Assembly (NCBI GenBank): GCA_049970495.1
Contig: JBMFMV010000002.1
Location: 24,976-88,975 of the forward strand
Length of the DNA: 64,000 bases
Source of the DNA: a bacterium
GTDB lineage: Bacteria; DUMJ01
Reading direction: 5' to 3'
In this document: piece by piece, positions 26,043 through 34,681 of the stretch
Numbering within the stretch: the first letter of the stretch is position 1
Layout: each line of letters starts with the position of its first letter
Program-made: the position numbers and the translations under genes
Notes under the pieces: model-generated
Told to the model about the DNA's origin: nothing
What the model saw: the letters and a program-made list of their open reading frames with translations, nothing else
Database searches by the model: none

Positions 26043-27113
26043 ATGAATAGAAAGTGGCGTATAGCTGTTGTTGGTTGTGGACTTATAGCAAACTCCAATT
26101 ATCTGCCGGAAGTCAAAAATATGCCTAATGCAGAGATAGTTGCAGTTTGTGATATTATCCCAGAGAGGGCAAAGCAGAGTGCAGAGAAATTTGGTATTCC
26201 TAGATATTATGTGCATATAGATGACTTACTGAAAGATTGTGATTTTGAAATCTTGCTAGACCTTACATCTATAGATGCTCATTTTGAAATTAATCTCAAG
26301 GCTCTTCAGGCAGGAAAACATCTGTACTCTCAGAAACCTATAGCCACTACTGTAGAGGAGGTTAAAATCCTTATTGAAGAGGCTAAGAAGAGAAATCTTA
26401 AGATAAGTGCATCTCCAATACATATGTTACGTCCAGACATACAAGAAGCTAGAAGATTAATAAAAGAGGGGATTATAGGAAAGGTGTCTTTTATTAGATG
26501 CTCCTCATCCCATGGAGGGCCAGAGTATTTCCAATTTCGTGATGTAGACCCAAGCTGGTTCTATAAACCAGGAATAGGACCCCTCCTAGACTTAGGAGTT
26601 CATGGGCTTCATCAGGTAACAGGACTCTTAGGACCAGCTAAGAGAGTTGCTTGTTTCTCTGGCATCTCGGAGAAGAAGCGCATCGTTCGTACAGGTGCTT
26701 TTGATGGAAAAGAGATAGAGCCTCTAGTTGATGATAATACTCTAATCCTTTTAGATTTTGGAGAGGCAACATTTGCCTTCGTAGATGCTACATACTGTGT
26801 AAAATCAACAAAAGCGCCATATATGGAAATTTACGGATCAAAAGGGACAATAACTTTTACCCGTGATCCAGAGAAGCCGATAATGTTATTCTTAGATGAA
26901 AGGGAAAAGGGTATCAGGGGTTGGACAGAGCCTATATACTATTGGCAGAGAGTTCAGCAATCTTGTGGGGTAAAAGACTTAATAGAAGCATTAGAGGAGA
27001 ATAGAGAACCGGTTCTTACTCCTCAACATGCCCTTCATGTTATTGAGATAATGGAAAAGGCTTATATCTCCGCTAAGGAGGGAAAAGCTATAGAATTAGA
27101 AACAATATTTTAG
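26043..27113 (+). CDS. Gfo/Idh/MocA oxidoreductase
   Basis: GCGLIA, HLYSQKP, GPLLDLGVH. Confidence 0.9.
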   Translation: MNRKWRIAVVGCGLIANSNYLPEVKNMPNAEIVAVCDIIPERAKQSAEKFGIPRYYVHIDDLLKDCDFEILLDLTSIDAHFEINLKALQAGKHLYSQKPIATTVEEVKILIEEAKKRNLKISASPIHMLRPDIQEARRLIKEGIIGKVSFIRCSSSHGGPEYFQFRDVDPSWFYKPGIGPLLDLGVHGLHQVTGLLGPAKRVACFSGISEKKRIVRTGAFDGKEIEPLVDDNTLILLDFGEATFAFVDATYCVKSTKAPYMEIYGSKGTITFTRDPEKPIMLFLDEREKGIRGWTEPIYYWQRVQQSCGVKDLIEALEENREPVLTPQHALHVIEIMEKAYISAKEGKAIELETIF

Positions 27114-27128
27114 AGGAGGTTTACCAGG

Positions 27129-28226
27129 ATGAGCAAGGTTTATCGAATAGGGATAATAGGTTTTGCCCATATGCATATAACTTCATTAATTGATTACTTC
27201 TTAGAATTATCAAATATTGAATGGGTAGCATGTGCAGATACTATACCAGAAGTTCCTTCTATATCATCTGAACCAGGGACACGTAGGGCTAATCTTCAAT
27301 ATGCAGTAGAGAAAACAGGTATGAAGGTATACGAAAATTACAGAGAAATGTTAGAAAAAGAGAGTCTTAACATTGTCCTCTTTTGTCCTGAAAATGCCAG
27401 GCATGGGGAGGTGGCAGAAGCTATAGCTAGAAAAAAGGTCCTTATGATGATAACAGAAAAACCTATGGCAAGTAGTCTATCAGAAGCTCTTAGAATGGCT
27501 CGGTCTGCCTATTATAATAGGGTAGAGTTAGTGGTCAACTGGCCAACTACTTGGTCCCCAGCTATAAGAAAGGTAAAAGAGCTTATAGATACGAATGAGA
27601 TAGGTGCAGTATGGCAGGTTAAGTGGAGAAATGGAGCTTCAATGGGCCCTTTAGCATACGGGCAGAGGATAACTGATTGGGAAAAGGGACAAGAGTGGTG
27701 GCATCAAGAAAAAACAGGTGGTGGAGCCCTTTTGGACTATTGTTGCTATGGTGCCTGCCTAGCCAGATGGTTTTTAGGGGAGCCTGCGACATCTGCTTTT
27801 GGCATTAGGGCAAACTTTACTAGTCACTACGGAGATGCAGACGATAACGCAGTCATACTTGTAAGGTTTCCTTCTAGCATGGCGATTCTAGAAGCTACTT
27901 GGAGTACTGTAAATACAGGGATACCTAATGGTCCTATAGTATACGGAACAACAGGGACTATTGTTGTCGACCATGGAAGGGTACTGGTCTTTAAAGATAG
28001 AAGAAGCAAAGAACCTACTACTGTCTTCGAAAACCTAACACTTCCTGAGAATAGAGAAACTTTGGCAAAGGAAGTAATACATCATCTAGAGACAGGAGAG
28101 CCTTTACATCCTACCTTAGATATACCATTAAATCTAGATGCAATGGCTATCTTAGACGCAGGTATACGCTCGGCAAAAAGTGGAAAGATGGAACTGGTGA
28201 ATAACGTAAACTGGTGTATAGGATAA
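27129..28226 (+). CDS. Gfo/Idh/MocA oxidoreductase
   Basis: GFAHMH, EKPMA, VNWP, GGGALLDYCCYG. Confidence 0.9.
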   Translation: MSKVYRIGIIGFAHMHITSLIDYFLELSNIEWVACADTIPEVPSISSEPGTRRANLQYAVEKTGMKVYENYREMLEKESLNIVLFCPENARHGEVAEAIARKKVLMMITEKPMASSLSEALRMARSAYYNRVELVVNWPTTWSPAIRKVKELIDTNEIGAVWQVKWRNGASMGPLAYGQRITDWEKGQEWWHQEKTGGGALLDYCCYGACLARWFLGEPATSAFGIRANFTSHYGDADDNAVILVRFPSSMAILEATWSTVNTGIPNGPIVYGTTGTIVVDHGRVLVFKDRRSKEPTTVFENLTLPENRETLAKEVIHHLETGEPLHPTLDIPLNLDAMAILDAGIRSAKSGKMELVNNVNWCIG

Positions 28227-28281
28227 TCAAAAATTAAAAAGAGAAAAATAATTGTCCTAAGACGTTTTCACTCTATACACC

Positions 28282-28363
28282 TTTAAATAATATTTAACAA
28301 AATCTTAATTATTCCTTAATATAGTCTTATTTTTTTCTTAACATTCTTCTTTTAATCTATAAT
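28282..28363 (+). promoter_or_regulatory. Phased direct-repeat array plus -10 box (OmpR/PhoB-type activated promoter?)
   Basis: TTAA/TTAT at 28283, 28294, 28305, 28316, 28327, 28338 (11-bp period); TATAAT 28358-28363. Confidence 0.55.
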
Positions 28364-28369
28364 TGGATA

Positions 28370-28454
28370 GTTTAATATTTAACTTAGCAGTCTAGTTATC
28401 TCTTAAACCTCCTCTTCATATATTTGGGCTAGGGGATCCTAGCCCAAAATTTTT
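28370..28454 (+). ncRNA. Candidate ~85-nt sRNA with an anti-SD motif
   Basis: Upstream -10 box, internal AAACCTCCTCT, ends in an 11-bp hairpin plus T run; no ORF. Confidence 0.45.
28423..28454 (+). terminator. Intrinsic terminator (may also serve hpt on the minus strand)
   Basis: TTTGGGCTAGG-ggat-CCTAGCCCAAA then ATTTTT. Confidence 0.8.
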
Positions 28455-28962
28455 ATTCTTCTAAGACAACTATATCCAAAAGATTCCTGTACCTTTCTCT
28501 GTAGTCTAGGCCATAACCAACGACAAATACATCTGGTATCTCAAAACCTCTATAGTCTACAGAGATATCCACTATACGCCTACTAGGACAATCTAAGAGA
28601 GTGCATACCTTAAGAGACGATGGCCCTCTAACCTTTAGATTTCTCAAAAGATATCCAAGCGTCAGACCAGTATCTACTATATCCTCAATAACAATTACAT
28701 CCTTTCCATATATGTCTACATCTAGGTCTTTTGTTATTCTTACTACACCTGAGGAACTCCCGCTATATTTAGATATAGACATAAAATCTATAATAAAGGG
28801 GATGGTAAGATGGCGAGTCAAGTCAATGGCAAAGTACACTGCACCCTTTAAGATGCAAATCAAGATAGGTTCTTTTCCCAAATAATCTTCTGATATCTTT
28901 CTGCCAAGCTCTTCTATCCTCTTATTGATATCTTCTCTTGAAATTAGAAGCTTCTCCTTCAT
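28453..28962 (-). CDS. hpt: Hypoxanthine phosphoribosyltransferase
   Basis: ILKGA, VIVIEDIVDTGLT, FVVGYGLDY. Confidence 0.96.
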   Translation of the reverse strand: MKEKLLISREDINKRIEELGRKISEDYLGKEPILICILKGAVYFAIDLTRHLTIPFIIDFMSISKYSGSSSGVVRITKDLDVDIYGKDVIVIEDIVDTGLTLGYLLRNLKVRGPSSLKVCTLLDCPSRRIVDISVDYRGFEIPDVFVVGYGLDYRERYRNLLDIVVLEE

Positions 28963-29888
28963 ATAAGACCAAACTTACGGAGTATATTTTTGTAGTCTTT
29001 GCCATATATCATCTTTATATTTACATCAGGATAGAGCTCCTTAAGCCTCTTAATCTTTCTATTTTTATAGTTTACAAGTCTCTGCCTTTGGGTTGTGAGC
29101 TCAATATATAGGTCAAAATCTGGAAGATAAAAATCCGGAGTAAAGGCAGAGGTTATATTCCCTTCACTATCACACTCAAGGATAAATGTCTTTGGCTCAT
29201 AAAGCCATCTTATCCTATAGAAGTCTAAGAGTTTTGCAAATTCTTCTTCAGATGAATGGGCAAAATGCGGTACAGACCCTGTGGCATCCTTAAGGATTTC
29301 ATGGTCTACCTCTATCTTTTCAGAGCCATTCCTTTCTGCGAGCTTTATCGAACGTATTATCATCTTGACTACGTTAGATATGTTAAAATAATCCATGTTT
29401 ATTACAAGACTATAAAGGGATGGGTCATGCCAATCTCCTCCAAATATCTTACTTATATATAGATCTCGTCTACGGTCCTGTTCTGATATAAGTTTTAAAG
29501 CGCTAACCTTGTCTAACTTATACTGAGACATCACTGCTTTTACCCTATTTTCAATAGACCCTATCAGTTTTATATGAAATGCAGAGGGATGACCTTTAAA
29601 GAGGAACTGTCCTCCTCTTCCAAGAAGAACAATAGACCTCTCTTTCGCTAGGTCAAGTATAACCTTGTTCATAAGTTCTATGTATCTCTTTCTTGTCTCA
29701 TTAAAAGGTTGTAAAGAGCTCTCTTCTAAAGACTCTAACTGTTCATCGCTTAATCCATATTTGACCATAGCCTCATTAAGATAGCTTTTATTTACAAGGA
29801 GAAATTTGAGACTCTTGGCTAACTTCTCTGCCACCTCTGTACCATTACAACCAAATTCTCTAGATACAGTAATAATTTTTACATCCAT
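28959..29888 (-). CDS. Cytidylate-kinase-like domain fused to a PD-(D/E)XK-like domain
   Basis: N-term ITVSREFGCNG, LLGRGG, YSLVIN; C-term YEPKTF...FTPDFYLPDFDLYIELT. Confidence 0.8.
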   Translation of the reverse strand: MDVKIITVSREFGCNGTEVAEKLAKSLKFLLVNKSYLNEAMVKYGLSDEQLESLEESSLQPFNETRKRYIELMNKVILDLAKERSIVLLGRGGQFLFKGHPSAFHIKLIGSIENRVKAVMSQYKLDKVSALKLISEQDRRRDLYISKIFGGDWHDPSLYSLVINMDYFNISNVVKMIIRSIKLAERNGSEKIEVDHEILKDATGSVPHFAHSSEEEFAKLLDFYRIRWLYEPKTFILECDSEGNITSAFTPDFYLPDFDLYIELTTQRQRLVNYKNRKIKRLKELYPDVNIKMIYGKDYKNILRKFGLI

Positions 29889-29931
29889 ATCAAGTATATT
29901 TTAACAGAAAATTGGAACCTTTGATACTCTA

Positions 29932-29960
29932 TTGAGTTTGAAGACGTTTTCAGATATAAT
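29932..29960 (+). promoter_or_regulatory. Promoter of the orphan SBP with a LacI/cre-like operator in the spacer
   Basis: TTGAGT-17-TATAAT; near-palindrome TGAAGACGTTTTCA 29939-29952. Confidence 0.65.
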
Positions 29961-30098
29961 TATACAGAAAGAATTTAGGAGGAGGTGGTTAGATAGAATA
30001 ATTGAAAAAGTTCTATAATCCTAATTTTTATACCAGTTTAGTTATCCCAAAAAGGGAGATGTGGTTCTTATAGTATATAAGAAGGGAGGAGACAGTTT

Positions 30099-32093
30099 AT
30101 GAAAAGGTGTTTTTATGGTTTAATATCTTTAGTTTTAGTAGTTATACTTTTATCTACTGTAATACCTGTGTCTTTTTCTCAGGAAGCTAAATTTCACAAA
30201 CAGTATAATACCCCCACAGAATACTACAAGGTCACTGGAAAGAAAATAACTAAGTATAGCGAGGCACCTGTGCTTGCAGAGCTGGTAAAACAAGGGAAGC
30301 TTCCTCCTGTTGAAAAGAGACTTCCTAAAGAGCCGATTGTTATCTCACCAGTAGAAGAGATAGGACAGTATGGAGGAAGAGCTAGGGTTATAGGTCCTAT
30401 AGATGGTTATGGAGATACGGAGGCATTTCGTCCCCATGAAGGAATCTTAAGGGTAGGCCCAGATGGTTTTTCTGTAGTACCTAATATAGCAAAGAACTGG
30501 AGCTTTTCAGAAGGTGGTAAAGTTCTTACTATCTACCTTCGTGATGGTATGAAATGGTCTGATGGAGCACCATTTACTGCTGATGACATTATGTTCTGGT
30601 ATGAGGATGTCCTATTAAATGATGAGCTTACGCCAGTTAAACCTGTAGAGTGGTCTCCAGGTGGAAAGCTAATGAAACTAGAAAAGATTAACAATTACAC
30701 AGTCAAAGCTACTTTTGCTGTCCCTTATCCAGTTGCAATTCTTCATTTAGCACACTCAGCAGGAGTTGCAGGTAGATTCTTCCTACCAAAACATTATCTA
30801 AAGAACTTCCATCCAAAGTATACCCCTATAGATAAACTCTTAGAACAAGCTAAAAAAGAGGGTTTAGATACCTGGTGGAAGCTCTTCCAAAAGTACGGAG
30901 ATTATTATGGAGGTAGTGGGATAAGGATAGCCCCTGATGCTCCTACCCTTCAGACTTACTACGTAGAGAAGAAGGGATTAGACTTTGTTGTTCTTAAGAG
31001 AAATCCGTACTATTGGAAGGTCGATACAGCTGGGAATCAGCTACCCTATATAGACGAGATCTTTGTCACAGATATAAGAAATAAAGAAGTGGCAAATATG
31101 AAGATAGCAGCAGGAGAAGTAGATTTAGCAGAGATAAACACTACTATGGAGGACTATCCGTTCTATATGGAGAATAAGGACAAAGGAGGATATAGAGTTC
31201 TTCTCTGGCAGTCTATAATAGGCGCAGATGTTGCCTATCAGTTAAATCTTACATATAAAGAAGACCCTGTTCTAAGAGATATATTTAGAGATGTAAGATT
31301 TAGAAAAGCCCTATCATTGGCTCTAAATAGAGATGAGATAAACAAGGTTCTTTATCTTGGATTAGGGACTCCAAGACAGGCAACAGTGATACCACAGTCT
31401 CCGTACTACGAAGAATCCTTTGCTAAAGCTTACATAGAGTATAATCCTAAAGAAGCAAATAGACTTTTAGATGAGATGGGTTTAAAGCGAGGACCGGATG
31501 GTTACAGATTAAGACCTGATGGAAAGAGGCTTGAGATACTCCTTGAGTATGAAGATGTAGAGACACCAAAAGGAAAGACATCGGAGATGGCTGTCCATTA
31601 TTGGGATGCTATAGGAGTAAAGGTAACTGCAAAAGAGATCTCCTCGAGTTTGAAGAGTCAAAGGACTTCTGCTAACCTTATACAGATGGGCCTATGGCAT
31701 GCAGATAGGGCAGGATTCTTATTTATTATAGAGCCTTACTATTGGGTTCCTACAGAGGTAAGAAGCGAAGCTCCTTGGTGTGTAGAGTGGGCTAGATGGT
31801 TTGCTACAGGAGGAAAAGCTGGAGAAGAGCCACCTGCAGAGATAAAGAAGATAAGAAGCTATTGGGAAAAGATGAAGTCTGCTATGTATGAAAAAGATAG
31901 GATTAAATATGCCAAGGAGATACTTAAGTCTAATGCGGAAAATCTATGGACTATTGGAACGATTGGTCTAGCTCCACATCCAGTTGTGGTAAAGAATAAC
32001 CTGAGAAATGTCCCAGAGAAAGGATTGTGGGGCTGGGATTTAAGAAGATTTACTTCATATGCACCTGAGACATTCTTCTTCAAACAGAAGTAA
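30099..32093 (+). CDS. Family 5 ABC solute-binding protein (orphan)
   Basis: EAPVLAELVKQGKLPPVEKRLP, LRDGMKWSDGAPFTADD, RNPYYWKVDTAGNQLPYID. Confidence 0.9.
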   Translation: MKRCFYGLISLVLVVILLSTVIPVSFSQEAKFHKQYNTPTEYYKVTGKKITKYSEAPVLAELVKQGKLPPVEKRLPKEPIVISPVEEIGQYGGRARVIGPIDGYGDTEAFRPHEGILRVGPDGFSVVPNIAKNWSFSEGGKVLTIYLRDGMKWSDGAPFTADDIMFWYEDVLLNDELTPVKPVEWSPGGKLMKLEKINNYTVKATFAVPYPVAILHLAHSAGVAGRFFLPKHYLKNFHPKYTPIDKLLEQAKKEGLDTWWKLFQKYGDYYGGSGIRIAPDAPTLQTYYVEKKGLDFVVLKRNPYYWKVDTAGNQLPYIDEIFVTDIRNKEVANMKIAAGEVDLAEINTTMEDYPFYMENKDKGGYRVLLWQSIIGADVAYQLNLTYKEDPVLRDIFRDVRFRKALSLALNRDEINKVLYLGLGTPRQATVIPQSPYYEESFAKAYIEYNPKEANRLLDEMGLKRGPDGYRLRPDGKRLEILLEYEDVETPKGKTSEMAVHYWDAIGVKVTAKEISSSLKSQRTSANLIQMGLWHADRAGFLFIIEPYYWVPTEVRSEAPWCVEWARWFATGGKAGEEPPAEIKKIRSYWEKMKSAMYEKDRIKYAKEILKSNAENLWTIGTIGLAPHPVVVKNNLRNVPEKGLWGWDLRRFTSYAPETFFFKQK

Positions 32094-32115
32094 TTATAAG
32101 AACTAATTAACTATT

Positions 32116-32160
32116 AGCCGGCGGATAACATGTTATAATATCAGTTATCTGCCGGCTTTT
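32116..32160 (+). terminator. Intrinsic terminator
   Basis: AGCCGGCGGATAAC...GTTATCTGCCGGCT then TTT. Confidence 0.75.
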
Positions 32161-32185
32161 ATTAATATAGTTAGGAGGAAATTAT

Positions 32186-32707
32186 ATGAAGATAAAGGCG
32201 ATCTTCTTTGATTTGGGAGATACATTGATGGATGAGACAACAGAGATCAAAGATCAAAATCTTGTTACTATAGATGCAGAATTAGTGGATGGTGCTAAAG
32301 AATTATTGGTAAGATTGAAAGAGTTAGGTTATAAAATAGCGCTAGTTGCAGACACTAAGATTGGTACTTATAAAAATGTCTTAGGTAAGTTTGATATGTT
32401 TAAATACTTTGATTGTTTTGCTATATCTGAAGAGTTGGGCGTTCAAAAACCAGACCCGAGGATATTCCTCTTTGCCCTAAATTCCCTAGGTATAAAGGAA
32501 GAAGATTATAAAAATGTTATAATGGTGGGGAATAATCTGAAGAGGGACATAGTTGGTGCTAACAGGGTTGGCCTTATATCTGTATGGTTTCACTGGAATG
32601 ATAGATATCCATCTAGACCTGAAAGCAGCGAAGAGGCTCCTAGGTTTGAGATAAAGAAACCCTCAGAATTACTGGGGGTAATAGAAAAATTAGAGAAAGA
32701 AGAATAA
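32186..32707 (+). CDS. HAD-family hydrolase
   Basis: FFDLGDTL, KPDPRIF, MVGNNLKRDI. Confidence 0.9.
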   Translation: MKIKAIFFDLGDTLMDETTEIKDQNLVTIDAELVDGAKELLVRLKELGYKIALVADTKIGTYKNVLGKFDMFKYFDCFAISEELGVQKPDPRIFLFALNSLGIKEEDYKNVIMVGNNLKRDIVGANRVGLISVWFHWNDRYPSRPESSEEAPRFEIKKPSELLGVIEKLEKEE

Positions 32708-32720
32708 GATTTGAGTAAAG

Positions 32721-33575
32721 TTGGGAGGAATGAATTTGTCATCTAGATTTTTAAAATGGGGCTTATTTTCGGTCGGTATATTAACTATTATATCCTTACT
32801 CGGCTGGTTTTACTGGCAGGGATATATATTCGACGGAAAGCCACCAGATGTCCTAATTACTCATCCTTCTAAGAATAAAGAATTTATACTAAGTCCTATA
32901 AAACCGAAGGCTAGGGAAGTCATTCAGATAAAGGTAAGTGATAATAAGTCTGTAGATAAGGTGATACTATTCCTTAACAATTCCCAGCTTAAAGTCTTTG
33001 AGCGGAATGACAAACTCTCCTTTAATTGGGAAACAGATAGTAAGGGTAGATACACATTTAAAGCTATAGCATATGATCGTGCCAAAAATAAGGGGGAGTC
33101 AAAGCCTGTAACTATCACTGTCAAAGTAAAAGGTATCTTACCACAAAATTATACAGGATTCCAAAAACCAATAGAAACATATGTGAGTGCTAGTGGCGTC
33201 TTTTTAAGGGAAGGTCCTTCTGTTAACTACAGAGTAATTAGAACCCTAAAACACAAAGAAAGGGTTCTAGTCTTTGGCAAATGGTCCTCTACGAGCCCTA
33301 ATGAGGCTATTACAACTGATAGAGTTACCTTAGTTACTTTTGATGGAGAGTCTATTGGTTTGGATCGTGGAAAGGCTCTATTAATAGTTAAAAAAGAAGA
33401 ACCTTACTATATCGTGTCTGTTCAGATTGATAACAGAAAGGTTACTGGTAAGCTTCCTGTTTATGCGGTAAAGGATATTTTTAATAAACCCTGGTACTAT
33501 ATCAGGACTAAAGAAGGGAAAGAAGGATGGGTGTTTGGAGAGTTTCTAGAAGGCGTAGAAGAGTCTTTAAGGTAA
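32721..33575 (+). CDS. Membrane-anchored Ig-like + SH3b domain protein
   Basis: N-term TM, Big-like KAIAYDRAKN, SH3b LREGPSVNYRVI...WYYIRTKEGKEGWV. Confidence 0.75.
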   Translation: MGGMNLSSRFLKWGLFSVGILTIISLLGWFYWQGYIFDGKPPDVLITHPSKNKEFILSPIKPKAREVIQIKVSDNKSVDKVILFLNNSQLKVFERNDKLSFNWETDSKGRYTFKAIAYDRAKNKGESKPVTITVKVKGILPQNYTGFQKPIETYVSASGVFLREGPSVNYRVIRTLKHKERVLVFGKWSSTSPNEAITTDRVTLVTFDGESIGLDRGKALLIVKKEEPYYIVSVQIDNRKVTGKLPVYAVKDIFNKPWYYIRTKEGKEGWVFGEFLEGVEESLR

Positions 33576-34681
33576 GGCTTACATTATTTATCATTTTACT
33601 TATAGGGATATTTATCATAATCTTTTTTAGACCAATATTGAGTAGATTTAAATTTGCCAAAAAGTTAAACGTAGAGATATATAATGGCTGCCTAGATTTT
33701 TCCAGGGCAGTCGGTATAGAGGAAATCACTGAGGAATTAGTTAAAAAGATTAAAGATGAACAATTTAATGTTTTAGAGCCAAAGGAACATCCCCTCTTTA
33801 GAGCTAAACTTCAATCCGAAATTGTCATTCCCTCTAATAAAAGAGAAGATATCAAGAAACTTTACTCCCTAGTTCCTTTCGCATCTATTAGAGAGGACAG
33901 AAACCAGTCTAACTCTATTAAAATTATTCTAGGGATTGATTCTATAAAGAGTTTAGTTGGTCAGAGAGAAGACGACAAAAGAGTTGTTTTTATTATTGAT
34001 AAGAAGAACTTTGAAAGACTAAAAAATAGACTATCTAGAGATTTTAGAAGCCTGAACCCCATTTTCATATCTGGTGATGAGGATATAAACGAGTATAAGA
34101 CTATCAATATCTTTTTCCCAAGGGATAAATCAGAAAGGGTAAAAGATATTAAAAGGATCTTTGGCAGAGAAGAGATTAAAGAGAAGTTAGACAATAACTA
34201 TAACCATGTTATTGTAGTTATTCCTCCTTCGTACACTGGGGCAATTTATCGTAACTATAGTATAGTTGTCAGAAAGAATAAGTTTAAACTCTACCTATAT
34301 AAAGGAAACTGCCTTATAAAGACATATCCGATTGCTATTGGTAAGAATCCTGGTGATAAAAGAGAAGTTGGAGATTGTAGAACTCCAGAAGGAGATTTCT
34401 ATATAAACAGTATAGAAGATTCCAGCAGTTGGGTCCATGACTTTGGGGATGGGAAGGGTCCAATAAAAGGAGCATATGGACCCTGGTTTTTAAGACTATA
34501 TACAGGAGCTGATAGGACAAAATCAGGTAAGGCATGGGAAGGAATAGGTATTCATGGTACCCATGACCCTACCTCAATTGGTAAGATGGCATCAGAAGGC
34601 TGTATTAGAATGAGAAATGAAGACATAATGGAGTTGAAAGAAAAAGTAAAGATTGGAACCCCAGTGAAGATTGAGCCCTAG
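33527..34681 (+). CDS. L,D-transpeptidase (YkuD domain), membrane anchored
   Basis: YPIAIGK, RTPEGDF, GIGIHGT...ASEGCIRM; start uncertain. Confidence 0.88.
   Translation: MGVWRVSRRRRRVFKVRLTLFIILLIGIFIIIFFRPILSRFKFAKKLNVEIYNGCLDFSRAVGIEEITEELVKKIKDEQFNVLEPKEHPLFRAKLQSEIVIPSNKREDIKKLYSLVPFASIREDRNQSNSIKIILGIDSIKSLVGQREDDKRVVFIIDKKNFERLKNRLSRDFRSLNPIFISGDEDINEYKTINIFFPRDKSERVKDIKRIFGREEIKEKLDNNYNHVIVVIPPSYTGAIYRNYSIVVRKNKFKLYLYKGNCLIKTYPIAIGKNPGDKREVGDCRTPEGDFYINSIEDSSSWVHDFGDGKGPIKGAYGPWFLRLYTGADRTKSGKAWEGIGIHGTHDPTSIGKMASEGCIRMRNEDIMELKEKVKIGTPVKIEP

Noticed and set aside
28282..28342. Periodic repeats considered as a CRISPR array or satellite
   Set aside because: Only 4-6 nt conserved per 11 bp; no 23-47 nt repeats with spacers and no cas genes
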